Position numbers and translations under genes: made by a program
Part shown: positions 9,991 through 19,514 of the stretch, in pieces
Layout: each line of letters starts with the position of its first letter
Position numbering within the stretch: the first letter of the stretch is position 1
Notes under the pieces: generated by a model
Told to the model about the DNA's origin: nothing
The model's database searches: none
Seen by the model: the letters and a program-made list of their open reading frames with translations, nothing else
IMG/VR virus record: IMGVR_UViG_3300028569_000031
Coordinates: 14,025 to 78,024 of that record
Reading direction: 5' to 3' (one strand)
DNA length: 64,000 nt
From: a virus

Positions 9991-10821
9991 ATGGCAACTT
10001 ACAAAACAAATGCTGGAAACATTCTCCAGCCCGGCGCTCAGATCAATCGCCTTTCTTCATTCAACGTAGAAGGTGTTTATGGTTGGCCAGGTATTGAAGC
10101 GTATGAGCTGGTTGGTTATGTAAAGATTAGCAATTTAGTTGCCGACAGGGCAAGCTACAAGAGCTTTGACATTACTGTACCTTCACCAGATCGTCGTGTT
10201 GATGACCGTGTACGTGATAACCGTACTTCATTGGTTGTTAATGCTTCTACTTTGCGCCCAGCTTATGTGTACGGTGCTTCTATAGCCGTAGCACAAGACA
10301 TTCCTTCCGGTGGTGTAGTTGGATTCCCCGCGTCTCCTGTAACTGCAGACATCGGCGGAACAACTAGCGATCTCCTCTTCCTTGGCCCTAACAATAGTGG
10401 TGTTCCTTTTGGTATCCCTAGTTCACAGGCCAACGGTTTAGCTGCTGCATCCTCTTACCTAACTGCTGCTTCTAACCTGTTTACTCAAGGTTCAGCCGCT
10501 GTTACAGGTGGTGGTACAGCAGGTATTGCTCCTTTCCTTAACACCGTTACTACTGCGGGTATTGTCGCTGCTAACCTTGCAGACTCAATGCTCTACAAGG
10601 TGACTGCAGATACTACCTTCAAGGTGTTTAGCACCACTGGTGTTACTGCAACCACTGTTAACGGTGCTGGTGTCTTTATCAGCGCAGCTGATTCTGATGC
10701 TGGTAAGGCAGGTTACTTGTTGTGCCGGGTTAATTACCTGCGCACAGCAGCTGCTGTTTCTTGGAATGACATCCAAGGTTTCATTGACTTTGCTTCTCAG
10801 GTTGGCGGCAACGATACTTGA
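9991..10821 (+). CDS. structural protein (minor capsid/decoration or tail)
   Basis: SD GAGGT; A/T/G/S-rich; directly after the capsid gene. Confidence 0.6.
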   Translation: MATYKTNAGNILQPGAQINRLSSFNVEGVYGWPGIEAYELVGYVKISNLVADRASYKSFDITVPSPDRRVDDRVRDNRTSLVVNASTLRPAYVYGASIAVAQDIPSGGVVGFPASPVTADIGGTTSDLLFLGPNNSGVPFGIPSSQANGLAAASSYLTAASNLFTQGSAAVTGGGTAGIAPFLNTVTTAGIVAANLADSMLYKVTADTTFKVFSTTGVTATTVNGAGVFISAADSDAGKAGYLLCRVNYLRTAAAVSWNDIQGFIDFASQVGGNDT

Positions 10822-10881
10822 TACTGGTCAATAAGGGTTAAGGTGGGTATTGTATTGATAGCTGTCATTTCATTTTTTTAA

Positions 10882-11322
10882 ATGCTGTATCAATACAAGC
10901 CCACCGGCTCCCTTCTTGAAGTTGTCTCTAAGCATGGGGAGGGCATCCTCATGTGTGTCGATTCACAAGATGAAGTTTGGTATGTAGCGGAAGAGGACCT
11001 TGTTCCACATCTTGATGCTACAAATGAAAAAATCCGTACAGAAGAACGTCTTACTGCTCAACTAGAAGAAGAAGGCGTTAAACCTGCAAAAGCAACTAAT
11101 CGAGAAACATTTCCACTTGACGTTAGGATTAACATAAATACTGCAAGTGCAAGACAAATTGCTGACGCATTACCTGGAGTAGGATTAAAAACAGCACGGG
11201 ACATTAAAGACTTACAATCTTCAATGACCGGTGAAAAGTTCGTTAAACTAGATCAACTTAAATCCATCAAACGGGTTGACTGGGACGAAATCTTTAAAGA
11301 AAATCTTATCCGCGTTGAGTAA
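10882..11322 (+). CDS. helix-hairpin-helix (ComEA/HHH_3-like) protein
   Basis: RININTASARQIADALPGVGLKTARDI. Confidence 0.75.
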   Translation: MLYQYKPTGSLLEVVSKHGEGILMCVDSQDEVWYVAEEDLVPHLDATNEKIRTEERLTAQLEEEGVKPAKATNRETFPLDVRININTASARQIADALPGVGLKTARDIKDLQSSMTGEKFVKLDQLKSIKRVDWDEIFKENLIRVE

Positions 11323-11801
11323 TGCAACTCGATAGCTTCCTCAAATCAAAAGTCCGCTGGCACCTGGGATATAACACTACAAGCGTCCCCGCTGGTGATC
11401 AGGCTCGTCTTGAGGAAGCTGTCAACAACATCCCAGATTCGTTCTGGTATTCAAAAATTGTCGAACAAGTAGGTAGGTGCGATCAAGCAGAGAAACGTAC
11501 CGACATGACTGGTAGTGTTAACAACAATACTATTCCGCGTAATCGTATTGAAAGTATTGCAGGCGACGTAGATCGTACAATTGCTACTTCTGATTTTAGA
11601 GAAACACTTAAAACTTGGACGGCGATTTATATATACGAGACGGATCGATTAGCCCTACATCTTTATGTTCCAAATTACCGAAACCCTGAACAGGCTAGGT
11701 ATCGATTTGATCGGGAAGGAGCTGAATTCATTCAAGCACTTCCAGGCCCTGCTGACGTTGCTGTTGGCACTAGGCTCATGCTTTCAAATAGTTTCCGCTA
11801 G
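11322..11801 (+). CDS. putative head-tail adaptor
   Basis: position and size; VRWHLGY motif. Confidence 0.5.
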   Translation: MQLDSFLKSKVRWHLGYNTTSVPAGDQARLEEAVNNIPDSFWYSKIVEQVGRCDQAEKRTDMTGSVNNNTIPRNRIESIAGDVDRTIATSDFRETLKTWTAIYIYETDRLALHLYVPNYRNPEQARYRFDREGAEFIQALPGPADVAVGTRLMLSNSFR

Positions 11802-11817
11802 AGAGGTTAACAATAAA

Positions 11818-12435
11818 GTGGCAGCTTTAAACGCAAGTCAGCTTTTACAATTAGCCCAAAAAGCAGGGTTTAAGGATAAAGAAGCCAAGACCATGGCTGC
11901 AATCATCCTTGGTGAGTCCAGTGGTAGACCAGATGCATACAACCCTAATGCAACTACTGGTGATAAATCTTACGGACTGGCCCAGATAAATATGATCGGC
12001 TCCATGGGGCCAGCAAGATTAAAGCAATTTGGTTTACAAAAAAATGAACAGCTTTTTGATCCAGCTACTAATTTAGCTGCCGCACAAAAAGTTTATTCTG
12101 AGGTTGGTAATAAATTTACACCTTGGTCTGTATATAGCTCTGGTGCATACAAACAATTCTTACCTCAAGTAGAGAAGGCGGCCTTAACTTCACAACAGGT
12201 AGCAACAACTCAGCCTGCAGAAGCTACGCAGCCTAAAGCGTTAACTCCAGATGCGGTATCTAAAACAGGTAATACATTTGTTGTTTACACCGGAGACAAA
12301 TCACCAACTGACTTTCTTAATGATTTTATAAAAGAAAAACAATCCGTCGATTCAACTGGTCTTATTAAATCCAGTCAAATTGATCCGATGAAACTTTTGA
12401 CCGATGCTTTTAAGGTTAATTATTTTGACAATTAA
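11818..12435 (+). CDS. lytic transglycosylase (SLT-like), probably virion-associated
   Basis: catalytic GESSG, SYGLAQIN, LFDPATN, FTPWSVY; GTG start at 11818 preferred over the track start. Confidence 0.85.
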   Translation: MAALNASQLLQLAQKAGFKDKEAKTMAAIILGESSGRPDAYNPNATTGDKSYGLAQINMIGSMGPARLKQFGLQKNEQLFDPATNLAAAQKVYSEVGNKFTPWSVYSSGAYKQFLPQVEKAALTSQQVATTQPAEATQPKALTPDAVSKTGNTFVVYTGDKSPTDFLNDFIKEKQSVDSTGLIKSSQIDPMKLLTDAFKVNYFDN

Positions 12436-12464
12436 ATTAGAATTTAATTAAGCGATCTACTATT

Positions 12465-13124
12465 ATGTCAGAAAAATCTATTGTTGATGTAGGTAAGTTT
12501 CTTCAGAAATATGGATTAAAGATTGGTGAAAATCCTGCTTTTGGAGGAGTTTCCAATGTGCATACAAAAGGTTCTTACCATTACACCCCAGGTGGCTCTG
12601 CAATTGATGTTACTGACTGGAGGCCGGACATGGCACCTGCTTACGAAGGGGGTCCTTCTAAGAGCTGGAAACAGCGCACAGGGGAGTTGTCTTGGCGTGC
12701 TAAAAAGTTAGGTGCCTTTACCGAAGCACTTGGGCCTGGTGACCCCGGCCATGACACACATGTGCATTTAGCGTTAGCAAAAAACGCTCCCTTATCTGAG
12801 CAACAATTAGAGTGGCTTGCAACTGGTAGATATAAGACCCCAGACGGTAAGCTTTCTAGCTCCCTTCCTACTAGCTATTCCACCGGCCAATCCCCATCAC
12901 CTACTCCGGCGCAGGCAGCACAACCTCAAACCGCACCGCAAGGAACAGGCAACACAATTGTTCTTGTTCCTGGTATGCCTAATCAACAAAAAACCAGTGA
13001 AGATTACCTTACTGATTTTCTTTCAAAGAACTTTACTAAAACAAGTACAGGTAATACACAGTCTCAAATTGATCCAATTGCAGCGTTAAGACAGGCCTTT
13101 AATACACCATCTACTTTTGAATAA
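12465..13124 (+). CDS. Zn peptidase of LAS/M15 type (peptidoglycan hydrolase)
   Basis: SYHY..GSAIDV and HDTHVHL Zn-ligand motifs. Confidence 0.7.
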   Translation: MSEKSIVDVGKFLQKYGLKIGENPAFGGVSNVHTKGSYHYTPGGSAIDVTDWRPDMAPAYEGGPSKSWKQRTGELSWRAKKLGAFTEALGPGDPGHDTHVHLALAKNAPLSEQQLEWLATGRYKTPDGKLSSSLPTSYSTGQSPSPTPAQAAQPQTAPQGTGNTIVLVPGMPNQQKTSEDYLTDFLSKNFTKTSTGNTQSQIDPIAALRQAFNTPSTFE

Positions 13125-13423
13125 TGAGATTCGCTCAAGTCCCTGGTTACGAACCGAGCTTTCCCGTTACCTACGGTAATTTATATGGAGACAGCACGTT
13201 AACTACTGCAGGTTTTAGTGACCCATTTAACATGAAACGCACTGAGAAAATAATGCATTGTCCATACGTAGTCTCTTACAATGGTATTGAGGAGCCACGG
13301 TTCCAACTAAACAACCCAGCTTATATGAGGGAGGTTGACCGCTCTCATAGCGACCCACTGCCTCCAGTTGGGTTGAGCCGTAACTCAAGACAAAACGATT
13401 TACATGGCGTATACAAAACCTGA
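13124..13423 (+). CDS. hypothetical protein
   Basis: translationally coupled ORF. Confidence 0.55.
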   Translation: MRFAQVPGYEPSFPVTYGNLYGDSTLTTAGFSDPFNMKRTEKIMHCPYVVSYNGIEEPRFQLNNPAYMREVDRSHSDPLPPVGLSRNSRQNDLHGVYKT

Positions 13424-13496
13424 ACTTAGGGAACGACTTAAGAATCGAATAAAATCCGGTTCTAAAGGAGGTAAACCAGGGCAATGTAATGGCTGA
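13404..13496 (+). pseudogene. truncated N-terminal part of a DUF5872-like basic protein
   Basis: unlisted 30-aa ORF MAYTKPELRERLKNRIKSGSKGGKPGQCNG*; this family normally continues WSARKAQ. Confidence 0.65.
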
Positions 13497-13695
13497 TAAA
13501 GCAATACAAGCTGATCACACCAAACGTTACCTACCAGAAAAAGCATGGGCTAATTTGTCCCCAGAAGAACGGAAGAAAACAGATGATAAGAAAAAACGTG
13601 GCTCTAGAGAAGGTAAGCAATTTGTACCTAATACCGAAAGGGCAAAAAAAGCCCGCCTTGCCGTAGAATTAGCAAGTAAGAGAAAAGAACAATGA
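13489..13695 (+). CDS. C-terminal part of DUF5872-like basic protein
   Basis: TKRYLPEKAWANLSPEERKKTDDKKKRGSREGKQFVPNTE. Confidence 0.7.
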   Translation: MADKAIQADHTKRYLPEKAWANLSPEERKKTDDKKKRGSREGKQFVPNTERAKKARLAVELASKRKEQ

Positions 13696-14027
13696 GTATA
13701 CATGGACAACGAACAGTAAGAAAAAAACTCGCCGACCATGCTGAGGATAGGAGAAGACGACCAGATGAGAGACCAGCAAATAGACCTCAAGCAGACCTTG
13801 GCTATACTCTCGGTGTACGTCAAGACTCTTTACCTTTTGACGAACCATTAAAAACCAACGCTGAAAAATTTGTCTCTCCTCAACGAACTGATCAAAAAAA
13901 ACAACGAATGGCCGGTGATGTATTAGGCGCTTTAAACTATGATATAAAACAAGGTACCGGACTACCGTCTGCATTTAAACAATTGCAAGTCGGCAGTTCT
14001 GAACTCCGTAACCCCGAAATTTCTTAG
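13692..14027 (+). CDS. hypothetical basic protein
   Basis: ATGA overlap with previous gene; contains RMAGD. Confidence 0.55.
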   Translation: MSIHGQRTVRKKLADHAEDRRRRPDERPANRPQADLGYTLGVRQDSLPFDEPLKTNAEKFVSPQRTDQKKQRMAGDVLGALNYDIKQGTGLPSAFKQLQVGSSELRNPEIS

Positions 14028-14032
14028 TAGCA

Positions 14033-14224
14033 ATGCCTGGTAAAAACCAAATGCCGCCACAGCTGTTGGCACATTTTAAAAAGAAAGCAGCTAGCAAAAA
14101 CGAGTCAGAGGAAGCTACGCCAGAAGTAAAAAAAGAAAACGATAAGGCAAAGCGCAAGGAAGCACTGACAAAAGCTCGTACCCAATTGGAAGAAAAAAAC
14201 AGAGCAAAACGAAAAGAAAAATAA
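14033..14224 (+). CDS. small Lys-rich protein
   Basis: MPPQLLAHFKKK; very basic. Confidence 0.6.
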   Translation: MPGKNQMPPQLLAHFKKKAASKNESEEATPEVKKENDKAKRKEALTKARTQLEEKNRAKRKEK

Positions 14225-14282
14225 TCAGACCACTGGTTAGTGGAAATACGCTACAATTAAAACAACGTAATTAAGTAGAGCC

Positions 14283-15056
14283 TTGTCGTCATCCTCTTCA
14301 AACAAGCAGCCTATGCTTATTGATAGGCCTGCTAATTTAAGCACCCTAGTTACGGTAGCATCTGGTCAGTTATTTTCTACAAGCTTAATACCGACAGCAA
14401 TTGGAAATTGTACAAGAGTTTTTGATTGCGATTCCGCACAAACAGACACCTCAATTAGTGGAGCATATATAGATGAAATATGGTTTCGTTATACAAAAAA
14501 TAATAATACTTTTATAGATGCACAGACCGCTGGTGCCGGGACATATGCTCAGACAGGAACATCTTCAGTAGTCGTAACATTAGCCAATCACAATCTACGT
14601 GTTGGCCAAAAAGTAGGACTTGATTATACAAGTGGTACTGCTGTTGATGAAATTGCGGTTGTTTCCGCCGTAACATCTACAACATTTACAGTTACTAGCG
14701 CAGGAACTTTAACAACAAGCGGAAACGTAAGTGTATACCAACCAACTGATTTCGGGTTCTATTTATTAAATACATCAACAATTACTAATACCAACCAGTT
14801 TTTTCCTTTGTTTGTTGCAAGCGTACCGTCAACTTATGATAACGTTGAGTATAGTCTTACTACAAATTTAGTTCTTCCTTTGATCAACCACCCAGTACCG
14901 CAAGCCGGGGCAAACTTTAGTAGTACTAATAGTACTGTATCTCCAAAAATGCGCGGGTTAATGTTACAACGTGGACAAGCTTTATATGTTTCTGTTAGTG
15001 GTACAACCTCATTAACAAATGGTTTTTACTGTAACGTGCAAGCGGGTTACTATTAA
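14283..15056 (+). CDS. tail/structural protein
   Basis: T/S-rich with one beta module (NHNLRVGQKV..TFTV). Confidence 0.6.
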   Translation: MSSSSSNKQPMLIDRPANLSTLVTVASGQLFSTSLIPTAIGNCTRVFDCDSAQTDTSISGAYIDEIWFRYTKNNNTFIDAQTAGAGTYAQTGTSSVVVTLANHNLRVGQKVGLDYTSGTAVDEIAVVSAVTSTTFTVTSAGTLTTSGNVSVYQPTDFGFYLLNTSTITNTNQFFPLFVASVPSTYDNVEYSLTTNLVLPLINHPVPQAGANFSSTNSTVSPKMRGLMLQRGQALYVSVSGTTSLTNGFYCNVQAGYY

Positions 15057-15064
15057 GAACTAAA

Positions 15065-17362
15065 ATGCCTTTTGGATCTAAAGGTTTTAGTGGTAAGCCA
15101 TTAAAAAGTTTTGATGGCGGCTTGTCCAAAGGGTTTGAGGATGTTAGTAAACCAGTAATACCTGATTTTCTTTTAGATGAAAACCCGTTTAAATTTACCC
15201 CTAAAGATTTAAAATACAGAAGCAATATCCGATTCTACGATCAGGATGCGTTGTGGACCAGATGGAGACGTGGTTATGAACTATACACAATTACACAAAA
15301 TGTTTTAGGTTCTTTTTCTCAAGAAAGAGCACAGCGTGGTGATTATAGAATGTACTGCTCATTTCAGCAGTTTCCAGGTGTATTTATACCTATACGTGTT
15401 TTTACTTTTCCCACAACAAATTCAGAACTCGGTAATCAATTAGTCGGCATAAGAGATGCAAACTCATTAAATTTTTATAATTTCGGCTTGCCAATACTGG
15501 AAGTACGTTACCTAGGGACAGCAAGAAATGCAACATATTCCCAAAGTGGTACAACAATAACAGTTTCAAAACAAGATCATGGTTTTTTTGTAGGGGAGAA
15601 TGTTTACCTTGTGTTTACTTCTGGGGCCGGAGTAAATGCAACACTTCCAATTACTTCAACAACTCAAAACTCTTTTACTTGTATTGCTGCTGCACCGTTA
15701 ACCACAGGAGGTAATTTAACAGTACAATTATCAACAATATTTACAGACACTCGTTGGACTGAGCTCAGAACAAGACTTAGAAGTTTACCAACTGCAGCAA
15801 GTTTTCTTTTGGGTGAGCGGTTGGTAGATAGGGTGATTGAGAAAGATCCGGGCATATCTGCAACTTATTCAAGAACGAGTTCTACGTTAACTGTAACTTG
15901 CTCTTCTGTACACGGCCTTTCAACTGGTAACACTGTTTATTTATTAGTTAGTAGCGGGCTTATTACTTCTGGTCAATATACTATTACTGTTACTTCAACA
16001 ACACAGTTTACAATAACAACAATTACTAGCGGCACAACAAGCGGTAATGTAACAGTAATTCGTTTAATAATGGGATTTAGATATGATGATTATGTTGGTT
16101 ATACGGTAAGTGCAATTGATGCAACTTCAAATGAAATTGTTTTTTATCGCACTGATAGTTATGGTGCACAAACAATAAACAATAAAACAGAGACAGTGGT
16201 ACCAGCTTCAAGAGGATTTGAAGTGGGTAGGTTTCTGACAACCGAAGTTCGTTATCAATGTACATGTCAAGATTATACTAGGCGATCAGGATATAATTTT
16301 TTTGAAGAGGTAATGCACAAGAAGTTCCCAGTTACTGCAATTGGTTCCACAAAACCTGGTCAGTATCTAGATAAAGATGGGTCTTTAATTAATCAACGGG
16401 ATAATGTAGGTGTTTTTTCGGACTTAGGTCACGTAGCTATTAATAATTTTTATCAACTACCGACTTATGAAGATACATCAGATACATCATTTCCTAATTT
16501 AATGTATTATCAATTGAGATGGTGTAAGCATATATACGCCGCAATGTTTTCTTTAAAGCATGATGAAGGAAATTCTCCGTTATCTATTAGCGCCAAGTAT
16601 GTTCAATCTGGTGTGAACATTACAATTAACGCAGAAAATCACGGATTACAGGCTAATACAAAAGTTGAACTTGTATTTACAAGTGGCGGCGCAACGTCAG
16701 GACAGTATACTATTACGCAAATTATTAACAATAATAGTTTTATTATTGTTTATCCATTTTCAAACAACACAAGCGGTTACTGCGTTGTAGAAAACCTGAA
16801 AGAACATGATTATGTTAATACATGGCTTTTAGAACCTAGTGATAAACCTGTCGGTGATTCTTTGGATACATTTTATATATCTTTTGACAAGGAAAATAAA
16901 AACTTACGAAAAGCTGCAGAACGTTTTGCCTTGGTTAAGCAGGGTGAAAAGTGGGTTGGCACGCAGTCAATTATAGGTTCCAGGAACCTGCCAGAAGATG
17001 TTGCTAATATTGACCCACAACTTTTGGTAATGTTAATGACTGACGAAATACGTAGAGGGTCTTCAGGAACATTAGATAATCAAGGTGTTTTACAAAACAG
17101 TACACAAAGAATGATTTCAATGATCAGTAAATTATTAAACTTGCAACCAGAGTTTATTCTTGGCACTAAATTTGCCATGTTAGATGAACCTCTGATTAAT
17201 TACATGCCGACATTCGATGCTGGTGCAATTAGGGGAGGCGCTTATTTAAATGGAACACCTACGGAAGATCCAGCCACATTGACCGCTATTAATTGCTCCA
17301 GCTATGATCCGTATGTGCAGCAAGATACGGTAGTATCTTCTGGACGTTATATTAATTCTTAA
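15065..17362 (+). CDS. large tail protein with three beta modules and a SWIM-like Zn motif
   Basis: HGF/HGL..GxxV modules x3; YQCTCQDY...WCKHIYA. Confidence 0.6.
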   Translation: MPFGSKGFSGKPLKSFDGGLSKGFEDVSKPVIPDFLLDENPFKFTPKDLKYRSNIRFYDQDALWTRWRRGYELYTITQNVLGSFSQERAQRGDYRMYCSFQQFPGVFIPIRVFTFPTTNSELGNQLVGIRDANSLNFYNFGLPILEVRYLGTARNATYSQSGTTITVSKQDHGFFVGENVYLVFTSGAGVNATLPITSTTQNSFTCIAAAPLTTGGNLTVQLSTIFTDTRWTELRTRLRSLPTAASFLLGERLVDRVIEKDPGISATYSRTSSTLTVTCSSVHGLSTGNTVYLLVSSGLITSGQYTITVTSTTQFTITTITSGTTSGNVTVIRLIMGFRYDDYVGYTVSAIDATSNEIVFYRTDSYGAQTINNKTETVVPASRGFEVGRFLTTEVRYQCTCQDYTRRSGYNFFEEVMHKKFPVTAIGSTKPGQYLDKDGSLINQRDNVGVFSDLGHVAINNFYQLPTYEDTSDTSFPNLMYYQLRWCKHIYAAMFSLKHDEGNSPLSISAKYVQSGVNITINAENHGLQANTKVELVFTSGGATSGQYTITQIINNNSFIIVYPFSNNTSGYCVVENLKEHDYVNTWLLEPSDKPVGDSLDTFYISFDKENKNLRKAAERFALVKQGEKWVGTQSIIGSRNLPEDVANIDPQLLVMLMTDEIRRGSSGTLDNQGVLQNSTQRMISMISKLLNLQPEFILGTKFAMLDEPLINYMPTFDAGAIRGGAYLNGTPTEDPATLTAINCSSYDPYVQQDTVVSSGRYINS

Positions 17363-17364
17363 CC

Positions 17365-17802
17365 ATGACCGTTCAAATATTAAGTCGCTTCTCAGACCTT
17401 CTTTATGACCGGCCTTTTCCAACAAGATTAGGCGTACTCCCCGATGGCGTAGAAATGGCTTTAAACCATAACGCTAATGATCCGGGTTTATATTTTGCAG
17501 ATAATACGTCAGGGCCTACACGCGGCTTAATAAAAGTAGGTCCCACACACGTAGGCAGTACCGCCCCCAACCTTACGCCAACTGGCCACACAAGTTACTC
17601 TAAGGGTGAATCCTGGTTAGATACGGCCAGTACAAAAATCTTTAAGGTGTACGATGGATCAGCATTTCAAGCGACAAATGCTGTCGCTTCTGTTAGTTCT
17701 GGTAAACCATCTAATCCAATAAACGGACAACTTCATTACGACTCAGCTATACCAGGTTTATTTATATACTTAACAAGTAGTGCTAACTGGGTTGCTGTTT
17801 AA
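17365..17802 (+). CDS. tail fibre-associated protein
   Basis: GESWLDT and GQLHYDS fibre motifs. Confidence 0.6.
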   Translation: MTVQILSRFSDLLYDRPFPTRLGVLPDGVEMALNHNANDPGLYFADNTSGPTRGLIKVGPTHVGSTAPNLTPTGHTSYSKGESWLDTASTKIFKVYDGSAFQATNAVASVSSGKPSNPINGQLHYDSAIPGLFIYLTSSANWVAV

Positions 17803-18038
17803 CGCATTACCCTGTCAAGAATCCTATCTAATTTACTATGTACAGCCTGCATTTCCCGAAGAAAGTCTTCTTTTAATACGTAATCCCTGATTAAACGATC
17901 TTCTAAAGAGTCGAGTTTGTCTTCAATTTTTTCAAAACGTTTATTCAAACGCTCTTGCGAATTATACAAGGCCTTGGACAGACCGGCAAATGCCGCAATT
18001 CCTGCAGAAAGAGCAGTTATAATTGTTTCTATTGGCAT
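17799..18038 (-). CDS. small membrane-anchored coiled-coil protein
   Basis: N-terminal hydrophobic helix, then coiled coil with YVLKEDF and KLDRI. Confidence 0.65.
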   Translation of the reverse strand: MPIETIITALSAGIAAFAGLSKALYNSQERLNKRFEKIEDKLDSLEDRLIRDYVLKEDFLREMQAVHSKLDRILDRVMR

Positions 18039-18110
18039 TGTTTTAGTCCTCTTACTATCTATTCTAAAGGATTTAACAACTTAGAATAACATCAGAAAAA
18101 TAAAGGTATC

Positions 18111-18644
18111 ATGTCAACAGGGTACGATCCCAATATAGAAGGGGCTATTACTGTACTCGTTGATTTGATGTCCGGTAATGGGTTCACGCTTACTAGGAAA
18201 CCCTATGCTCCTAATTATAGGGGTTTGGTGGATTGCATTATTGATTTAAAAGATGGTTTGTATGCATATGTTCCACATAGAGTTGGATTTAATGCTGTGG
18301 TTTTTGAGAACGTAAATAAAAATGATGCGGTTTACCTTAGAGTAGCAGATGGTCAGGCAGGCAAAGCTATTGCAAGCGGCGTTTCTTTTGACGCTGCCTG
18401 TGTTATTGGGTTTGCTGAAGAGGCCGTTCTCTCAGGCGGAACAGCAAGAATTATTGTTGCAGGGTTTCAAACTTTTACAACTACTTTAGATCCAGGGGAT
18501 TTGTATTTCCTATCCGCTGCAACTGCTGGCCAAATCACAACAACGCCACCAAGTACCGCTGGTCAATATGTAACAAGAGTAGGAGAAGCATCAACAACCA
18601 GCGAATTTGTTATCCAAATAGAACCGCCAATTAGGTTAAGGTAA
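18111..18644 (+). CDS. structural protein (cement/fibre-like beta domain)
   Basis: paralog of next gene (AVYLR..GKA.A; YFLSA..G.I.TT.PST; TRVG; EPPI). Confidence 0.6.
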   Translation: MSTGYDPNIEGAITVLVDLMSGNGFTLTRKPYAPNYRGLVDCIIDLKDGLYAYVPHRVGFNAVVFENVNKNDAVYLRVADGQAGKAIASGVSFDAACVIGFAEEAVLSGGTARIIVAGFQTFTTTLDPGDLYFLSAATAGQITTTPPSTAGQYVTRVGEASTTSEFVIQIEPPIRLR

Positions 18645-18646
18645 AT

Positions 18647-19462
18647 ATGTCAATCACACCAATAAGTAATACTGGTTTATACCCAGGTCTTTCTTGGGCC
18701 ACTGTATTCACGTCAGGTAACCAGAGCGGTATATATGCAATAAATAGTACGACAGCAACTGGGACACTTTTTGATTTTAAAAATTATTCCACGTCCGTTG
18801 AACTACTTTGTTGTTCTACTGATGGGATAGCTACAGTCTACGCAAATGGTGTTGCCGCAACGGGAATTGCGGTTGGTAGTACATATGCGTCAGCTACTTG
18901 GATAACGGTTCTTTCTGGAGCAGGTACATTAACAAGCATAGCTGTTGAATCCATAGGTACACAAAGGGGAATACTATTTCAAATTCGTGTTGATGGAACT
19001 CAACTTATTGATTTAAATCCTTACGCACCAAATGATCTTGGTGTAATTGAATCTTTAATAGATTTAAAAACAAATATAGCAAATATTTTACCAGTAAGAT
19101 CAAGCTTGTCAATTATAGGAACTACATTTGAGCCGGTTTCACAAGGTGAGGCAGTTTATATGCGTAGCAGTGACGGAAAGTTGGGTAAGGCCGTCGCTAA
19201 TTCCACTGTTGAACTAGCTACTGTTATTGGTTTTGCCCGTGAAACAAAAACAACAGGCCAACTTTTACAAGCCTCTTTTGCTGGTATACAGGGAACAACA
19301 GGACTTACCCCAGGTAGCATTTATTTTTTATCTGCCAGTTCTCCTGGTGCAATAGTAACTACTGCTCCATCTACTTCTTCTTACTACATCACAAGGGTGG
19401 GTAAGGCTGTGACTTCTACCCAACTTGCCGTGGAATTAGAACCACCTATACTTTTAACGTAG
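18647..19462 (+). CDS. structural protein, paralog of 18111 with an N-terminal insertion
   Basis: shares PYAPN..IDLK and the C-terminal domain with 18111. Confidence 0.6.
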   Translation: MSITPISNTGLYPGLSWATVFTSGNQSGIYAINSTTATGTLFDFKNYSTSVELLCCSTDGIATVYANGVAATGIAVGSTYASATWITVLSGAGTLTSIAVESIGTQRGILFQIRVDGTQLIDLNPYAPNDLGVIESLIDLKTNIANILPVRSSLSIIGTTFEPVSQGEAVYMRSSDGKLGKAVANSTVELATVIGFARETKTTGQLLQASFAGIQGTTGLTPGSIYFLSASSPGAIVTTAPSTSSYYITRVGKAVTSTQLAVELEPPILLT

Positions 19463-19514
19463 TGTCTAACTATACCCTTGATAATATAGATAATAAGGTG
19501 AGACCTGTGCACGC

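Noticed and set aside
8811-10834. Antisense and alternate-frame ORFs over the capsid genes (and similar ones over terL, psbA and pol)
   Set aside because: Shadow ORFs with no motifs or translation signals.
11665-11817. N-terminal extension of the SLT ORF overlapping the adaptor gene
   Set aside because: GTG at 11818, after the upstream stop, gives a complete domain; the extension is probably not translated.
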